Below, piece after piece: positions 27,387 to 39,129 of a stretch of DNA of 64,000 nt. This DNA is from Octopus sinensis (Eukaryota). Each line of letters opens with the position of its first letter. Positions within the stretch are counted from its first letter, which is position 1. The position numbers were made by a program, and so were the translations under genes. The DNA lies in contig NW_021832851.1 in NCBI RefSeq assembly GCF_006345805.1, positions 1-64,000 of the forward strand. The letters run 5' to 3'. The notes under the pieces were generated by a model, which searched no databases, was not told the DNA's origin, and saw nothing but the letters and a program-made list of their open reading frames with translations.

Positions 27387-27652
27387 TATATAAGAATTTT
27401 TTGCGTAATAAGGTAAAAAACCAAGGCTGTATAGATATTAGAGTATTTATAGATAGTAGGTCTTACAGCTGTTTCTAGGATATTAATTAATAATATCCCT
27501 TCATCGAAGACGGTGTGAGAAGCAGGGATATCAGATGAAGGGATATTATTAATAGATATCTTAGAAACAGCTGTAAGACCTTCTATCTATAAATGCTCTA
27601 ATATATATACAGCCTTGGATTTTTATCTTATTACGCAAAAAATTCTTATATA
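27387..27652. repeat. Fold-back: 119-bp inverted arms, 28-nt spacer, hammerhead-like motif in each arm
   Basis: Arms 27387-27505 and 27534-27652, 8 mismatches by hand count. Each carries GATGA-a-gggatat..atatc-GAAAC-AGCT-GTA-agac. Confidence 0.9.
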
Positions 27653-27659
27653 TATATAT

Positions 27660-27757
27660 CTTCTTTTATTCTTTTACTCTTTTACTGGTTTCAGTCATTT
27701 CACTGCGGCCATGCTGGAGCACCACCTTTAGTCGGAGATATTGATCCGAGGACTTAT
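27660..27757 (-). mobile_element. SINE family A, tail fragment
   Basis: tttcagtcatttcactgcggccatgctggagcaccacctttagtcg. Confidence 0.8.
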
Positions 27758-28269
27758 CTATATTCATATTTAAATTTATATTCATACTTACAAGCGGGAC
27801 GTGTAAATATTTCATGGGATTAATGGTGAACCTATTGAATTGGCTGTGAAAATTTTAACCAAAATACCTGAAAGCGTGACATGTGTTGTGTCATTATGGA
27901 AGGATAGTCGCTTTCTCATTATGGAAGGATAGTCTGTTTCTCATTGAAAAGTAAAAGAAATCGCAATATGTTGATTGCTTAATGAACTTTATATATACAC
28001 TTTATATACTTTATGCATAATTTTATAGACTTAATACACACCACTCAGAAAATAAGTATTCACTCTTATTTTTCAATATTTCCCATAAATAAATAAATTA
28101 TCCTGTACATATGATACAACCTTTTGTTAAATTACATATATTTGCCACGTAAAGAAGCGTGAATATTTCAGGGAACAGCTGTTATACGCATGCGTTAAGT
28201 GATAGGTGATATAAAAAATATTTAAAAGATACTTTTACTATCCAATCGTCACCGTCACCTCCACCACTA

Positions 28270-28640
28270 CCCTCATCATCATCTCTATTTCCCCCTTTCT
28301 CTCTCGTCTCTTTCTTTCTTTCTTTCTCTTTCTCTCTCTCCCTTTCTCCCTCTGCCTTTCTTTTACGTCACCATCAGAACGTCACCACTCTGCTAAAATT
28401 ATATCTTTAACTCACCTGCTCTTTACCATCACTACCTTCAACTAACTATTTTAACCACGTAACAATTTACTAAGTTCCCCTACCTCACGTCATGGAAGCT
28501 TCTCTCCACTTCTTTTTCTCTCTCTCTCTTTTTTCTCTCTGTCTTTTCTCTCTTCCTCTTTTATTTCTCCCTCTTTCTGTTTTGCTTTTCCCCCATCCTC
28601 TTTTTCTCTCTCCTGTTCTTTCTCCTCTTTTTTCCTTCAA
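28270..28640. repeat. Pyrimidine-rich (CT) low-complexity tract
   Basis: Read directly. Confidence 0.85.
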
Positions 28641-28689
28641 CTAAGCTCGTGAAATGAAAATACTTTGTCGTATATTTAGTGTTTTCCCT

Positions 28690-29600
28690 ATTTCTTTTTC
28701 TTACTGGTTGCAGTTTGTCAAATATTGACTATTTTTCGAGAGAACATTAGTTCCGCTGGCGACTTTCCTGAAAAAGTGTTTAGGATTAGTGTTACCCTAT
28801 ACACCCTTTTACAGGCAATGCTGCGTCATCGACTCACTCGTCTCTTAATTTCATTAACGCTCTTTTGAATATATCCACGAAACTTTTCGCTTGTCTGCTT
28901 GATCTAAGTGACACAGAGGAGTAGTAAAATTTTCAATTGAGTAAATCTTGCAAAAATTCTTAAATTCATTCGGCGTGATCTATTTTACTGTTATCGGTGA
29001 CTATGGTATCCGGGACACCATACCAAGCAAAAAGTTCGTGTAGAAATTCCACTGATTCCGTGGATGTCAGTCTTCTACATTTACGAATTCCTGGCCACTG
29101 AGTTAAGTTATCTACCACTATTAGAAAATATGATCGGTTTAAAGGGTCTGCAAAATCTATGTGAAATCTGGACCATAGAAGATCGGTCTTGGGCCAAGGT
29201 GGAAAGAACACAACCTCTGCACGATTTTACCAACTTCTCAATATCTAGATCCATTTTTTGGCCAGTAAACATAACTCCTCATAAGTGAGTTCATCCTAGA
29301 AATTCCTGGATCTCCACTGTGGAATTCCATTAACATTCGACCTTGTTGGGAGGTAGGTATTACCTGCATACAGCAGGTGCCAAGCTGTATCGGTCATTGC
29401 TTTTCACTTGGATAACATCGGTAGCGTGGATAGGTTGGCTGGTATGCATAGGTGACTAAAGGTATTCCATAAACAACGTTGCCAGGACTTGTACATTGAA
29501 GGGGAACATTCTAAGTACTATCTCATGGGCATTCATGACAAAAGGGGGACTTTACTAAGTATGAATTTCTGTGTTTGTGTTCTTAGAAGCATGAGTTTCA
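28690..29600 (-). mobile_element. Gypsy/Ty3 pol remnant (integrase zinc-binding region and core)
   Basis: EFHSGDPGISRMNSLMRSYVYWPK, PWPKTDLLWSRFHIDFA, FAWYGVPDTIVTDN, FVDIFKRAL and GKSPAELMFSRK across frameshifts. No LTRs seen. Confidence 0.9.
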
Positions 29601-29732
29601 TTTCTTATTGCTGATTATTCAAACGATATGAAAAAGAAGTAGTGTTACATCATATAAACAACAGTATTCGCAACGCACACATAGTCAACAATCCGTAGAA
29701 ATTTTACTGGTTTCAGACATTTGGTGGAAATA

Positions 29733-30594
29733 CGAGGTCTGATCAATAAGTATCTGAACTGTTGGTATAGTAACAACACTAAACCACACAGATTGAAACC
29801 GTTTGCTGCAAATTGACCTTGATCTCCACTGTGCATATGCGCATTACGTTTTCACGTTCTAACTCACTTCTGCTGTTTACAACAGTGCTCAGAAATAACG
29901 TGTGTATTGTGTGATCGTCGCATTGGCCAAGACAGAGGACTACACAAAGTTGCAGAAAGTGTATGGAGAGGAGTGTATGAACTGTATACAAGTGTAATAC
30001 TGCTTCAGACGTTTCCAAGATGGCCGTATATATGTAGATAGTGACGAACGTTCTGGGATACGCGCAATCAGCAGAAATGAGAAAACCCTCTTGGATGTGC
30101 GTACAGCTCTGAGGGGAAATCGTAGAATCAGCATCCGAGAGTTATCAGAGTATGTGCAGATTAGTTATGGTTCAGTTCAGTCCATTATCACTGAAGATTT
30201 GGGTATGAGACGTGTGTCTGCCAAGTTTGTACCAAAACCCCTTTTAGCTGACCAAAAGAGACAGTCGGGTTTCAGTTGCACAAGATCCCTTTAGTTGTGT
30301 CGTGAACGATGGAAACTTTTCAAAATTTTACGTAGGCCTCTAGCAGGTATCTCGCCAAGCGTTTGGCAAAATTTGATGGAGATTTAACTTTCTCTGTCTT
30401 GGTCAATGCGACGAACACACGCTAAACAGATTCCTTCCAAGCACTACTGTAAACAATGGAAGTGAGCTAGAAAGTTAAATCTACGAGCGCATGCACAGCA
30501 GAGTGCAATGTCAATCTGTGCCAAGCGGCTTCACTCTGCATGCTTTAGCTTCGTTATTATGGCAACAGTCCGGATACTTATTGATTAGACCACG
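29733..30594 (+). mobile_element. Internally deleted mariner with long (about 205 bp) imperfect TIRs and TA TSD
   Basis: ta|cgaggtctgatcaataagtatc ... gatacttattgattagaccacg|ta. HTH-region peptide NRRISIRELSE...LGMRRVSAKFVPK; catalytic domain missing. Confidence 0.9.
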
Positions 30595-31704
30595 TACATA
30601 ACTTATTTATATAAGTGACATGTGCTAAACATGTAACATTTCTCTTCACGAATGGGTAATGTTTATTAATCTTTACCGTGTGTATAAATCACATATATAC
30701 AATGTATGCGGTTACCTTTAAATTGAAACTGTATTATCTTTGCATATAAGGTAACAATCTGCATAAGGAAGATGTTTTAACTTGGAGTTAGTCTTAGACG
30801 ATAATAGGAAATTCTGCTATAAATAACAATGGAACTGTAAGCAAGAATTTGACAATACTGATTTTTTGTGCAGAGCTGTAAAATCTTGTAATAGACAGAT
30901 ATGTTTTGAGAAGAAAAGATCCCATCTGATGTGATTATTAGTAATCACTACAGTTGATGTAAAGAAGGTTATGTTCAATAAAGCTGGTGTTCGATACTCA
31001 GTTTTTTTTTAATTATTAGTACTAACATACTTTTAAAATTGCTTATATTTGAAGAATGAAGAGGTAAAGCAACTTCTTTTGTGTATTAGTGTAAAGATAT
31101 CAAACAATGCTTTGTATTAAATAGATTTTTCACTGAGTGATAGAAAGCTTTTTGTTTAGATGTTATTTACTTCCGAGACACTATTATGTGTTTGATGCAA
31201 ACATATACATACCAATGTGTGTGTGTATGCATTTGCCGAATGAGTACTTTGTTTTTGGATGTGTTTTTTATAAATTAAGAAGTTTTATAAAAGTACATCT
31301 ACCAAGAATCTAATGAATTTACAAAAGGAAGAAATGATAACAAGTAAAAATATCAATGAGGAAATCGGAAAGAAATACGCCAAGAGAACAATAAGAATTA
31401 TTTTGATTCAGAGATAAATGATGCAAAATTAAATAGGCGCCTTCTTCAGCAATTATTAAATGGCGCCTTTCTGCTCTGGAAGCATCAGATTCTCAACAGA
31501 GACAGAGAGGAGTAAAATAATTTCTTATATGTATGTATATGTGTGTGTATATGTTTGTGTATGCATATAAGTGTGTATGTATTTGTATACGTATATATGT
31601 GTGGGTGTACATGCATATATACAAAAATGAACTCATAGATTCACAAATGTAAATATATATGTAGACACACACACACAGACACGTATATATCTATGTATAC
31701 ACAC

Positions 31705-31741
<37 letters not shown>

Positions 31742-32029
31742 TGTCGACGACAAACACTCAACACTCATTAACGAAACAATCATATATCGGATAGAAAGAG
31801 GAATTAGGAGATTTTTATGAAGGCTCGTGGACAAAAGTAGCGGCAACAGAGAAACAGTAGCAAACTAAAGCCTTTTATACAGACATGGGTGCAATGTGGC
31901 ACCACGCAAGATAATTTTGGACTTTACCAGATTCAAATCGAGTCGAACATGTCATTGCAGATTGTCTTCAAGAATGGGGAAAGAATAATTGATATATAAA
32001 TATTGATGTATTTCGGGATGGGGTTTTTT

Positions 32030-32225
32030 TAATTTTTGCCAAATAAACTCATGCACTATATACCCGCCATTCACTTCAGCTTTATAACTGTTCTTATTTC
32101 ACGTCTTTTTTTCTGGAAAATTCGTTACACTTCTTATGACCTCTTCAGTGGCTCTCCCTTTCACATGTCCCCTCCAGCCCATTGTAGTGCATTCTGTTTC
32201 TATGCATCCTTATCTGATCAAGTAT
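32030..32225 (+). repeat. Repeat (mariner 5'-like), inverted relative to 32805-32985
   Basis: tatatacccgccattcacttcagctttataactgttcttatt...gacctcttcag matches the reverse complement of 32805-32985. Confidence 0.7.
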
Positions 32226-32421
32226 GTGTGTCTGTATTTGTGAGTGTATGTGTGCGTGCGTGTGTACGTGTGTTGGTGCAGGACTGTGTATGTTGTATGT
32301 GTGTTTTGTGTGTAGAAACCATATAACACACACAAAATACGCACACAGGAAACACAGAGTCACGCAAGCATACGTGCACACGCACACAGACACACATACA
32401 CGCACACGCAGAAACACTTAC

Positions 32422-32783
32422 ATATTCTTCTCTACTCAAGGAACAAGGCCCCAAATTTTAGGGGACTGGACAAATCGAATGGATCTGCCCCAGTACGCAA
32501 CTGGTACTTCATTTATCCACCCCGAAGGGATAAAAGGCACAGTCGACCTCGGTGGAATTTGAACTCAGAACGTAAAAGCAGACGGAATACCGCTAAGCAT
32601 TTCGCCCGGCGTGCTAACGTTTCTGCCAACTCGCCGCCTTCAGACACACATATATTGATTTCTACTTTATGCACAAGGCCCGAAATTTTGGGGGAGAATG
32701 CCAGTCGATGTGATCGACCCCAGTGCGCAACTGATACTTAATTTATTGACCCCGAGAGGATGAAAGGCCAGCTCGCCGCCTTC
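32422..32783 (-). mobile_element. Two tandem SINE family B copies (32422-32642 full; 32650-32783 internally deleted)
   Basis: Both end in ctcgccgccttc (reverse of head gaaggcggcgag). The second jumps from gaaaggc to cagctcgcc. Confidence 0.9.
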
Positions 32784-32804
32784 AACTACACATGTTGAGG
32801 TGCA

Positions 32805-32985
32805 AACGCATGAGCAGATAACGATACACACTACAGAAAGACAGAATGGACTAAATAGGACAGAACAAGATACGTGGAATGGAGAGTTTCTGAAGAGGTC
32901 ACATGGCGTGTGACAAAAGAGAATAAGAACAATTATAAAGCTAGAGTGAAGGGCGGGTATATAGAGCGCGTGTTTACTTGACAAA
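32805..32985 (-). repeat. Second copy of the 32030-32225 repeat
   Basis: Reverse complement reads ctatatacccgcccttcactctagctttataattgttcttatt...gacctcttcag. Confidence 0.7.
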
Positions 32986-33021
32986 AAGACAAAATATCTG
33001 TGACGACTCAGGAATTTTGCA

Positions 33022-33940
33022 GGCTGTTTATAAATTAATGGCCGATTTCAGAAACATAATTTTATTCTGGAAAAATTAACTGTGAAAATATTTTGATTGG
33101 AGAATGTGGTAAAGCCTCGTATCCCAAGTCTGTGAGTTTCTGCGACGTCATTCTTGCATTATCGTGAAGCAGAATCGGGCGACGCCGATTCACGAATGCA
33201 GGTCTCATTTTTTGCAAGTGAGCATGCATTTCAGCGGGTTGATTGCAGTTAACCTCTGCTCTAATGTCCTGGTTGGCTTCCAGAAAGCTGTAATGGGCAA
33301 CACCAATTGCAGACCACCAGACGGTCACCATATTTTTTTGCTGATGCAACTTTGGCTTTGAGAAATGCTTGGGGAACTTATCACGATGAAGTCATTGATC
33401 AAGCGATTGATTTGATTGATTGTTTGTTTTCATAAAGAATTCTCTTTTCCTCACAAGTGACTTTTTGATCAAGAAAAAGATCATTTGTGTTTCACAGAAA
33501 GAACATCGAGCTCACTATAAAACGGTACACATTTATTGAGCTTTTTCACCTTACCAAATTCTGCAGATTCCGAGAGACGGTTGCAATACCGATACCAAAT
33601 ACCTGAAACATTTCTCTGACACTTTGACGTGGGTTTTGTTCAACGATTGCTTTCAATTGTTTATTGTCAAGACTGCATGACTGTCGTTCACTTTCATGAT
33701 CTTCGAGGCTTTCATCACCACTACGGAATTTCTAAAACCATCTTCGTACTGTGCGATGATTTGTGGACTCCTCTCCCCATTCTCTGGCAGCAGTTTGGGA
33801 GACATTTTGTCCAAATTTGAACTCATACAAGAAAAGTAAGCGAAGTTCCGTTGTGGTCATGTTTACAAGAATATTTTCTGTCTGAAATAAGTAGAAAATT
33901 ATTAAAAAGCATACATGAAGTATTATGTAAAATTTCACCT
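33022..33940 (-). mobile_element. Decayed mariner transposon
   Basis: MTTTELRLLFLYEFKFGQN..TVRRWF, KNMVTVWWSAIGV, PILLHDNAR, LGYEALPHSP. TIR-like ggctgtttataaattaatggccgattt at 33022. Confidence 0.9.
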
Positions 33941-34139
33941 AAAATATAATTAAGATACTATGATAAAATTACGCTTCAAAACACAACAGTTAGAGAGGCC
34001 ATTATTTTCGAAACAAAATAATACTTAATATATAAATACCCCCCGTATACTACATACGCCTTTTAGGTCGGAATATGAAACAGTATCATGATCAATCAGT
34101 AGCCCTTTTAAAGGACAACGCATCTGCCCATTCTAATTT

Positions 34140-35350
34140 GCAGATTTTTTAAAATTATCAAAAGATTTTCATAGATATTTTCAACAAATTTTTCAAAACT
34201 TTTTGCCGAAAATTAAAAAAAAAATTTTCAAAACAATTTCACGAAAGTTTTCAGAGATTTTTATCGACAATTTCAAAAAAACTTTTCAGAAGATTTTCAT
34301 GAAAAAATATTTCAAAAAAATTTTGACCAAAAGATTTTCACTAAGATTTTAAAATAATTTTTCAAAGATTTTTGACGAAAATTTCAAAAAACGTTTCAAA
34401 AGATTTTGACGAAAATTATGAAATAATTTTTCAACGATTTTTAACGAAAATTTCAAAAAACGTTTCAAAAGATTTTGACGAAATTTTGAAATAATTTTTC
34501 AACGATTTTTGACGAAAATTTCAAAAAATTTTCAAAAGATTTCCATGAAAATAGTTTCAAAATTTTGAAAAAACTTTTGACGAAAATTTCAAAAATATTT
34601 TCAAAAGATTTTCACGAAAATTCTGAAAACATTTTTGAAAGACTTTTTACGAAATTTCGGAAAAATTTTTTAAAGAATTTCATGAAATTAAAAAAAAAAT
34701 TTTTCGAAGATTTTTGACAAAATTACAGAAAAACGTTTCAAAAGAATTTCACGAAATTTTTTTTTTCATTTTCAATGATTTTTGACGAAAACTTTGAAAA
34801 ACTTTTCAAAAGAATTTCACGAAATTTTTTTTTTCATTTTCAATGATTTTTGACGAAAACTTTGAAAAACTTTCCAAAAGAATTTCACGAAAATTTCCAA
34901 AAAGTTTTGAAAAGGTATTCACGAAAATTTTGAAAAAATTTTTCACAAATTTTTGACGCTAATTTTGAAAATATTTTTCATAATTTTTTTACAATAATTT
35001 TGAAAAACTTTTCAAAATATTTCCACGAAAGTTTTGGAAAATTTCCCTAAAGATTTTCACGAAAATTTCGAAAAACTTTTCAAAATAGTTTCACGAAAAT
35101 TTCGAAAAACTTTTCAAAATATTTTCACGAAAATTTCGAAAAACTTTTCAAAATAGTTTCACGAAAATTTTGAAAGAATTTTTCAGAAACTTTTGACGTA
35201 AATTATGAAATTTCACGAAAATTTTGAAAACATTTTTGACGAAATCTTTTGAAATTTTTTTCAAAATTTTCGTGAAAATCTTTTTAAAAGTTTTTTAAAA
35301 TTTTCCTCAAAATATTTTGAAAAGTTTTTATTTTAATTTTTGCCAAAAGA
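34140..35350. repeat. 1.2-kb A/T-tract minisatellite, 34-bp unit (also 68-bp dimers), orientation flips near 35240
   Basis: cacgaaaat recurs at 35058, 35092, 35126 and 35160. A near-exact 68-bp repeat starts at about 34741 and 34809. ttttcgtgaaaatctttt at about 35267 is the reverse of the unit. Confidence 0.95.
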
Positions 35351-35479
35351 TTTTCTCCTAGTATAGAGCTATCTGTCTCCATTTTCAGTGTACTTTTCAT
35401 TAGTCAATCCTACCTATGTTTTCCAACAACTTCTGTTGTGGTTGCATGGAATTGATCGCGTAGTCCCGTGTTGCGTAAT

Positions 35480-35990
35480 TTTTCTTTTATAATTCTCCTT
35501 TTTTATTTCTTCCTTTGTTTTTCCTTTATTTTCTGCTTTTAATAATCCCTCGTTCCTAACTACCACTAGCAAAATTTCCTTACTTTGGCCTAGCTATCTC
35601 ATTAAGCTCTTATGATCAATATGAAGGCAGTATTCCACACTTACCATTGCCCTTCCTCCATTTGCCCTCTTCATCTATAGGTGATCAGTGTCTGCAATAT
35701 ATGCTGGGCTCAATGCATCGTTAGAAGCTTTCTTAACTTTCGGTTCATCTCCTTCAGCTGCTTCTCTGTCCACTTCAGGATCCCAGCCCCACACCGAACT
35801 ACTGCGACTGCGCGACAGTTTATTGCTGGACTTATGCTTCAGGCATTCACCTTTGAAGCCAATAATTTTCTCACTCGCCACAGGTACACTCATTTTGTCT
35901 TTTCCGTCAAGTTATGGGCTTTTATTCCATCTGCTTCAAGTATTCCCAGGTATTTATTGCTGGATTGAGGTTGAATTGCCTTCATATTAC
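35480..35990 (-). mobile_element. R4/Dong-like non-LTR retrotransposon RT C-terminal remnant
   Basis: KYLGILEADGIK..TEKTK*VYLWRVRKLL..AINCRAVAVVRCGAGILKWT..RKLRKLLTMH..ADTDHL*MKRANGGR with stops and frameshifts. Confidence 0.8.
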
Positions 35991-36095
35991 ATTCTGAGTT
36001 CAATTTCCGCCGAGATGGACCGCGCCATTTATCCTATCGCGGTCGATAAAATATGTACCAATGGTACAATGGGATGGGGTCGATCTAATTAAATT
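35990..36095 (+). mobile_element. SINE family B fragment
   Basis: tacattctgagttcaatttccgccgag...gtcgataaaat...ggggtcgat. Confidence 0.75.
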
Positions 36096-36204
36096 TCCCC
36101 CTTCACCGTATTTGCTGACCTCGTTTCAAAATTTGAAAACATTATTATTGTTTTTGCTTTCCCTGTTCCTGCTGTTTTATTTGTTGTTAACCTTTTCCTC
36201 TACT

Positions 36205-36385
36205 TTGTTTTTAACCTGGAGCCTATGTTAGAAATATTGGTTTCGAGCAAGGCTAAAAATATATGGGGAGATGCAGCTAAGTCAATTACATCGAACTCAA
36301 GCGGTATTCATTTTATCGACACCGAAAAGGATAAAAGAGAATATCGCCCTCGGCTCAGTTTGGATTCTGAACGTAAGGACGGACG
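36205..36385 (-). mobile_element. SINE family B fragment
   Basis: attttatcgacaccgaaaaggataaaag...ttctgaacgtaaggacgg. Confidence 0.65.
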
Positions 36386-36474
36386 CCCCACACTAGAATT
36401 ATTAATCATTATCGTGATTACTAGTCGTTGCTGTTGTTGTTGTTCTTGTTGTTGCTGTTGTTGTTGTTGTTGTT

Positions 36475-36630
36475 CTTCTTCTTCTTCTTCCACTCAGGAC
36501 TCCCGCCTAGCCATAAGGAATAATCGCTAATTCGAGCCTCCTCTAAGCTACTAAGAAAGCGTGTGGCAACTTGAAGATCCACGCATCACACGCGATAGAC
36601 TGGCGGTTGTACGGGCGCGAAAACTACTTT
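36475..36630 (-). mobile_element. LINE 3' end (RTE-like) with (GAA)n tail
   Basis: GC-richer segment ending ggcgggagtcctgagtg-(gaa)n on the minus strand. Clade assignment is from recall only. Confidence 0.45.
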
Positions 36631-36759
36631 GTTATCCTCATTCCGTAAACGGTGGCTTTTAACGGGTGGAGAGCTGAACCATCCTGGAATAAAGAGAATT
36701 CGCAAACTAGACTCGGGTCTGAAAGTTTACCACACCATAGTGGTTTGCACCATGGTTCC

Positions 36760-36938
36760 TCTGCTTTGTGGCAGAAGTAGGAAGAGAGAAAATTGTGGTG
36801 AAAGAGTACACAGCGGTGTTCACTCCTCAGCGACGGAGCGTCGTGGATAAACACTCACAATGCCCGGTCAGGGAATCAAAACCGCGTTCTTACGACCGCG
36901 AGTCCACCTCCCTAACCACTGGGCCATTGCGACTCCAC
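36760..36938 (-). mobile_element. tRNA-derived SINE (family C-related), 5' part
   Basis: Reverse reads gtggagtcgcaatggcccagtggttaggg...ggttttgattccctgaccggg, with A- and B-box-like motifs. Confidence 0.8.
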
Positions 36939-37744
36939 AGTTGCTGTTGTTGTACTTGATGATTATCACGATGTTGCAACAGTTGTTGTTCTTTTTCTTG
37001 TTGCTGTTGTTGTTGATGTTGTTGCAATATCAGCGGCAGTAACAGCAGCGGTAATCAGCGATATTCAACTTTCCCCATTTCCCTTCATTAAATGTACAAT
37101 TTACTACATTTGTCATTATCCCCATTAATTTTCATTCATTTTTTTTGTTTATTTGTTTGTTCGATTCCCCATTTATTTTTTTCTCTCTCATTTAATTATT
37201 CTCATTAATTTGTTCTACTATTTCTATTCACACCTTCATCTCATATTTGCCTCATTTGCAATTTTCGCATCAAATTTTATTCATTAACTTCTTACGTTTT
37301 GTTTAAATGTTCGTAATTTATGTGACTGTTATATATTTTTATATATTTTATGTTTATATTTAAAGAATTAAAACATTATTATTTAGGAATGTACTTTTAC
37401 ATTTTAATTTCTATTTATTTTCTCAATAAAATACACTTTACTAATTTATATGCACTCTTAGTTAACACATGCTTTTCAATTGTCACCAATTTTAGTTCAT
37501 CTCTTCTTTCAACATCAAAATATGGCGCCGTTACAGTTCTTTATCTCTAGCTCTAGTAACTGTTGCATTTGTTATTGTTACATTAGTTGATATTGTTTTT
37601 GTTGTTGCTTCGGCTTTTAGTATTGTAGATTTTGAAGCAATTTATTTTGTTTTATTATTGATATATACATGGTATGTGTATTTGTCCATGTGTAATTGTG
37701 TATACGCGCGTGTGTGTTTGTGTATGCATATGTGTTTTATTGTG

Positions 37745-37900
37745 CGTGTTCTGAGTTCAAATTCAGCCGAGCTCGACTTTGCCCTTCCTCCTTTTGGATT
37801 CGATAAGATAAATATCAGTAATGCACTTCGGTCGATGTCATCGATTAGCGCGCAACCCTAAAATCGAGGCTTTACGCTTAGAGCGGAAAAGATTATTATT
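37745..37900 (+). mobile_element. SINE family B fragment
   Basis: gttctgagttcaaattcagccgagctcgactttgcccttcctcc...cgataag. Confidence 0.8.
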
Positions 37901-38051
37901 ATTATTATGGTTGTTATTTTTTCCTTCTTTCATCAAATTTTCTTCCGTTTCTCGCCGAGTGTTTTCCGTATACCTAGGGCAGAGAAGCTCACTGTATGCA
38001 TTCCCAGATTACACACGCAAATTCACAGGTAAATATGTATTTAAAAATTAA

Positions 38052-38054
38052 TAA

Positions 38055-38127
<73 letters not shown>

Positions 38128-38460
38128 TATTATTATTATTATCATTATTATCATTATTATCATTATTGAGTGAGAGAGCAGTGCATGCGATCAATATGAC
38201 ACTGGCGTAAAATATAGGAAGCCCAGTACACCCATCATGACAACCCGTCTGATAAGGGTACACTAGGCACATGCATCACAACCATATGTGCGCGACATGG
38301 TGATCTCATATCAAGATAAACAGCACATGACCTTGCAGATGGGGCCCAGTTAGAATTTTCTTCTGGTCGAGTAGCCCTTCCGGCTCAAAAGGTCCCTGAA
38401 TAAGGATTGTTTAAGGATGTTGAACGAAACCCCCTTGAGGTGAATTATTCAAACCCAAAG
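38052..38460 (-). mobile_element. Non-autonomous retroposon fragment with (AAT)n tail
   Basis: Ends in a long (AAT)n on the minus strand. attattcaaaccc at about 38445 connects to a related piece at 58590-58760. Confidence 0.55.
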
Positions 38461-39050
38461 GGGGGGGGGGGTTACTGATGCTTTTAGCCCCAGGCGATCA
38501 ACGTCACCAGAAGGACTTTAGACACTATCTCAGTGTCCTTGTGTTACTTGCAAAGGGAGGTCATCCTCCCTCGAAGACCCGAGTACTACATACGGACTAT
38601 GGTTTCAAGGTAATTGCCTCTCGTCAACGCATGGTAAGCACCGGTCTTCGATGAAGGAGTCTCCTCGCAAGTAATATATAATGCTTTTCACAGGACTCCT
38701 TTAAAAGCATCAGTAACACCCTCCCCCCCCCCAGTGGCTAGCCACATTCAGATGGCTGATACCCTTTACGTTGTCGAGCGGTTACTGTTTATATCTCGTT
38801 CAGAGATTTATTATTGTTTTCAGACAGTTTTTCTACATCAGTGACAGTGGTTACTGTGAAAAACATTATATATTACTTGCGAGGGGACACTGCATCAGTA
38901 ACACCCCCCCCCAGTGGCTAGCCACATTCAGATGGCTGATACCCCTTACGTTAAATTTATTTTGCCTTTTCTCAATCTGGCTATGTGAACACGGTAAGCT
39001 AGCAACTCCGTATTTAGCAAGTGGGGTATAAACGGGCGCCCATTGTTTTA
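38460..39050. repeat. Mosaic of direct and inverted modules, probably Penelope pseudo-LTR debris
   Basis: Inverted 38460-38486/38702-38732; inverted 38659-38693/38854-38888; direct 38707-38772/38892-38952. Shares gtcttcgatgaagg with the 27.5-kb fold-back. Confidence 0.8.
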
Positions 39051-39129
39051 AAACAAAGCAGAAAATGGTCATGAGATAATTCGCGGACATCCAAATAGAG
39101 ACAGGATCTTACAAGGAGCGAAATTTTCG

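Noticed and set aside
34140-35350. CRISPR-like regular repeat of about 34 bp
   Set aside because: The units are contiguous and degenerate with no unique spacers, there are no cas genes, and the context is eukaryotic.
35358-35362. CTAG|T after the minisatellite as a Helitron 3' end
   Set aside because: No GC-rich subterminal hairpin and no convincing A|TC 5' end was found.
35675-36092. ORFs of 72, 95 and 134 aa as host genes
   Set aside because: They are off-frame or antisense readings of the R4/Dong-like remnant plus a SINE.
37517-37532. YY1-like aatatggcgcc
   Set aside because: An isolated, imperfect motif with no other promoter evidence.
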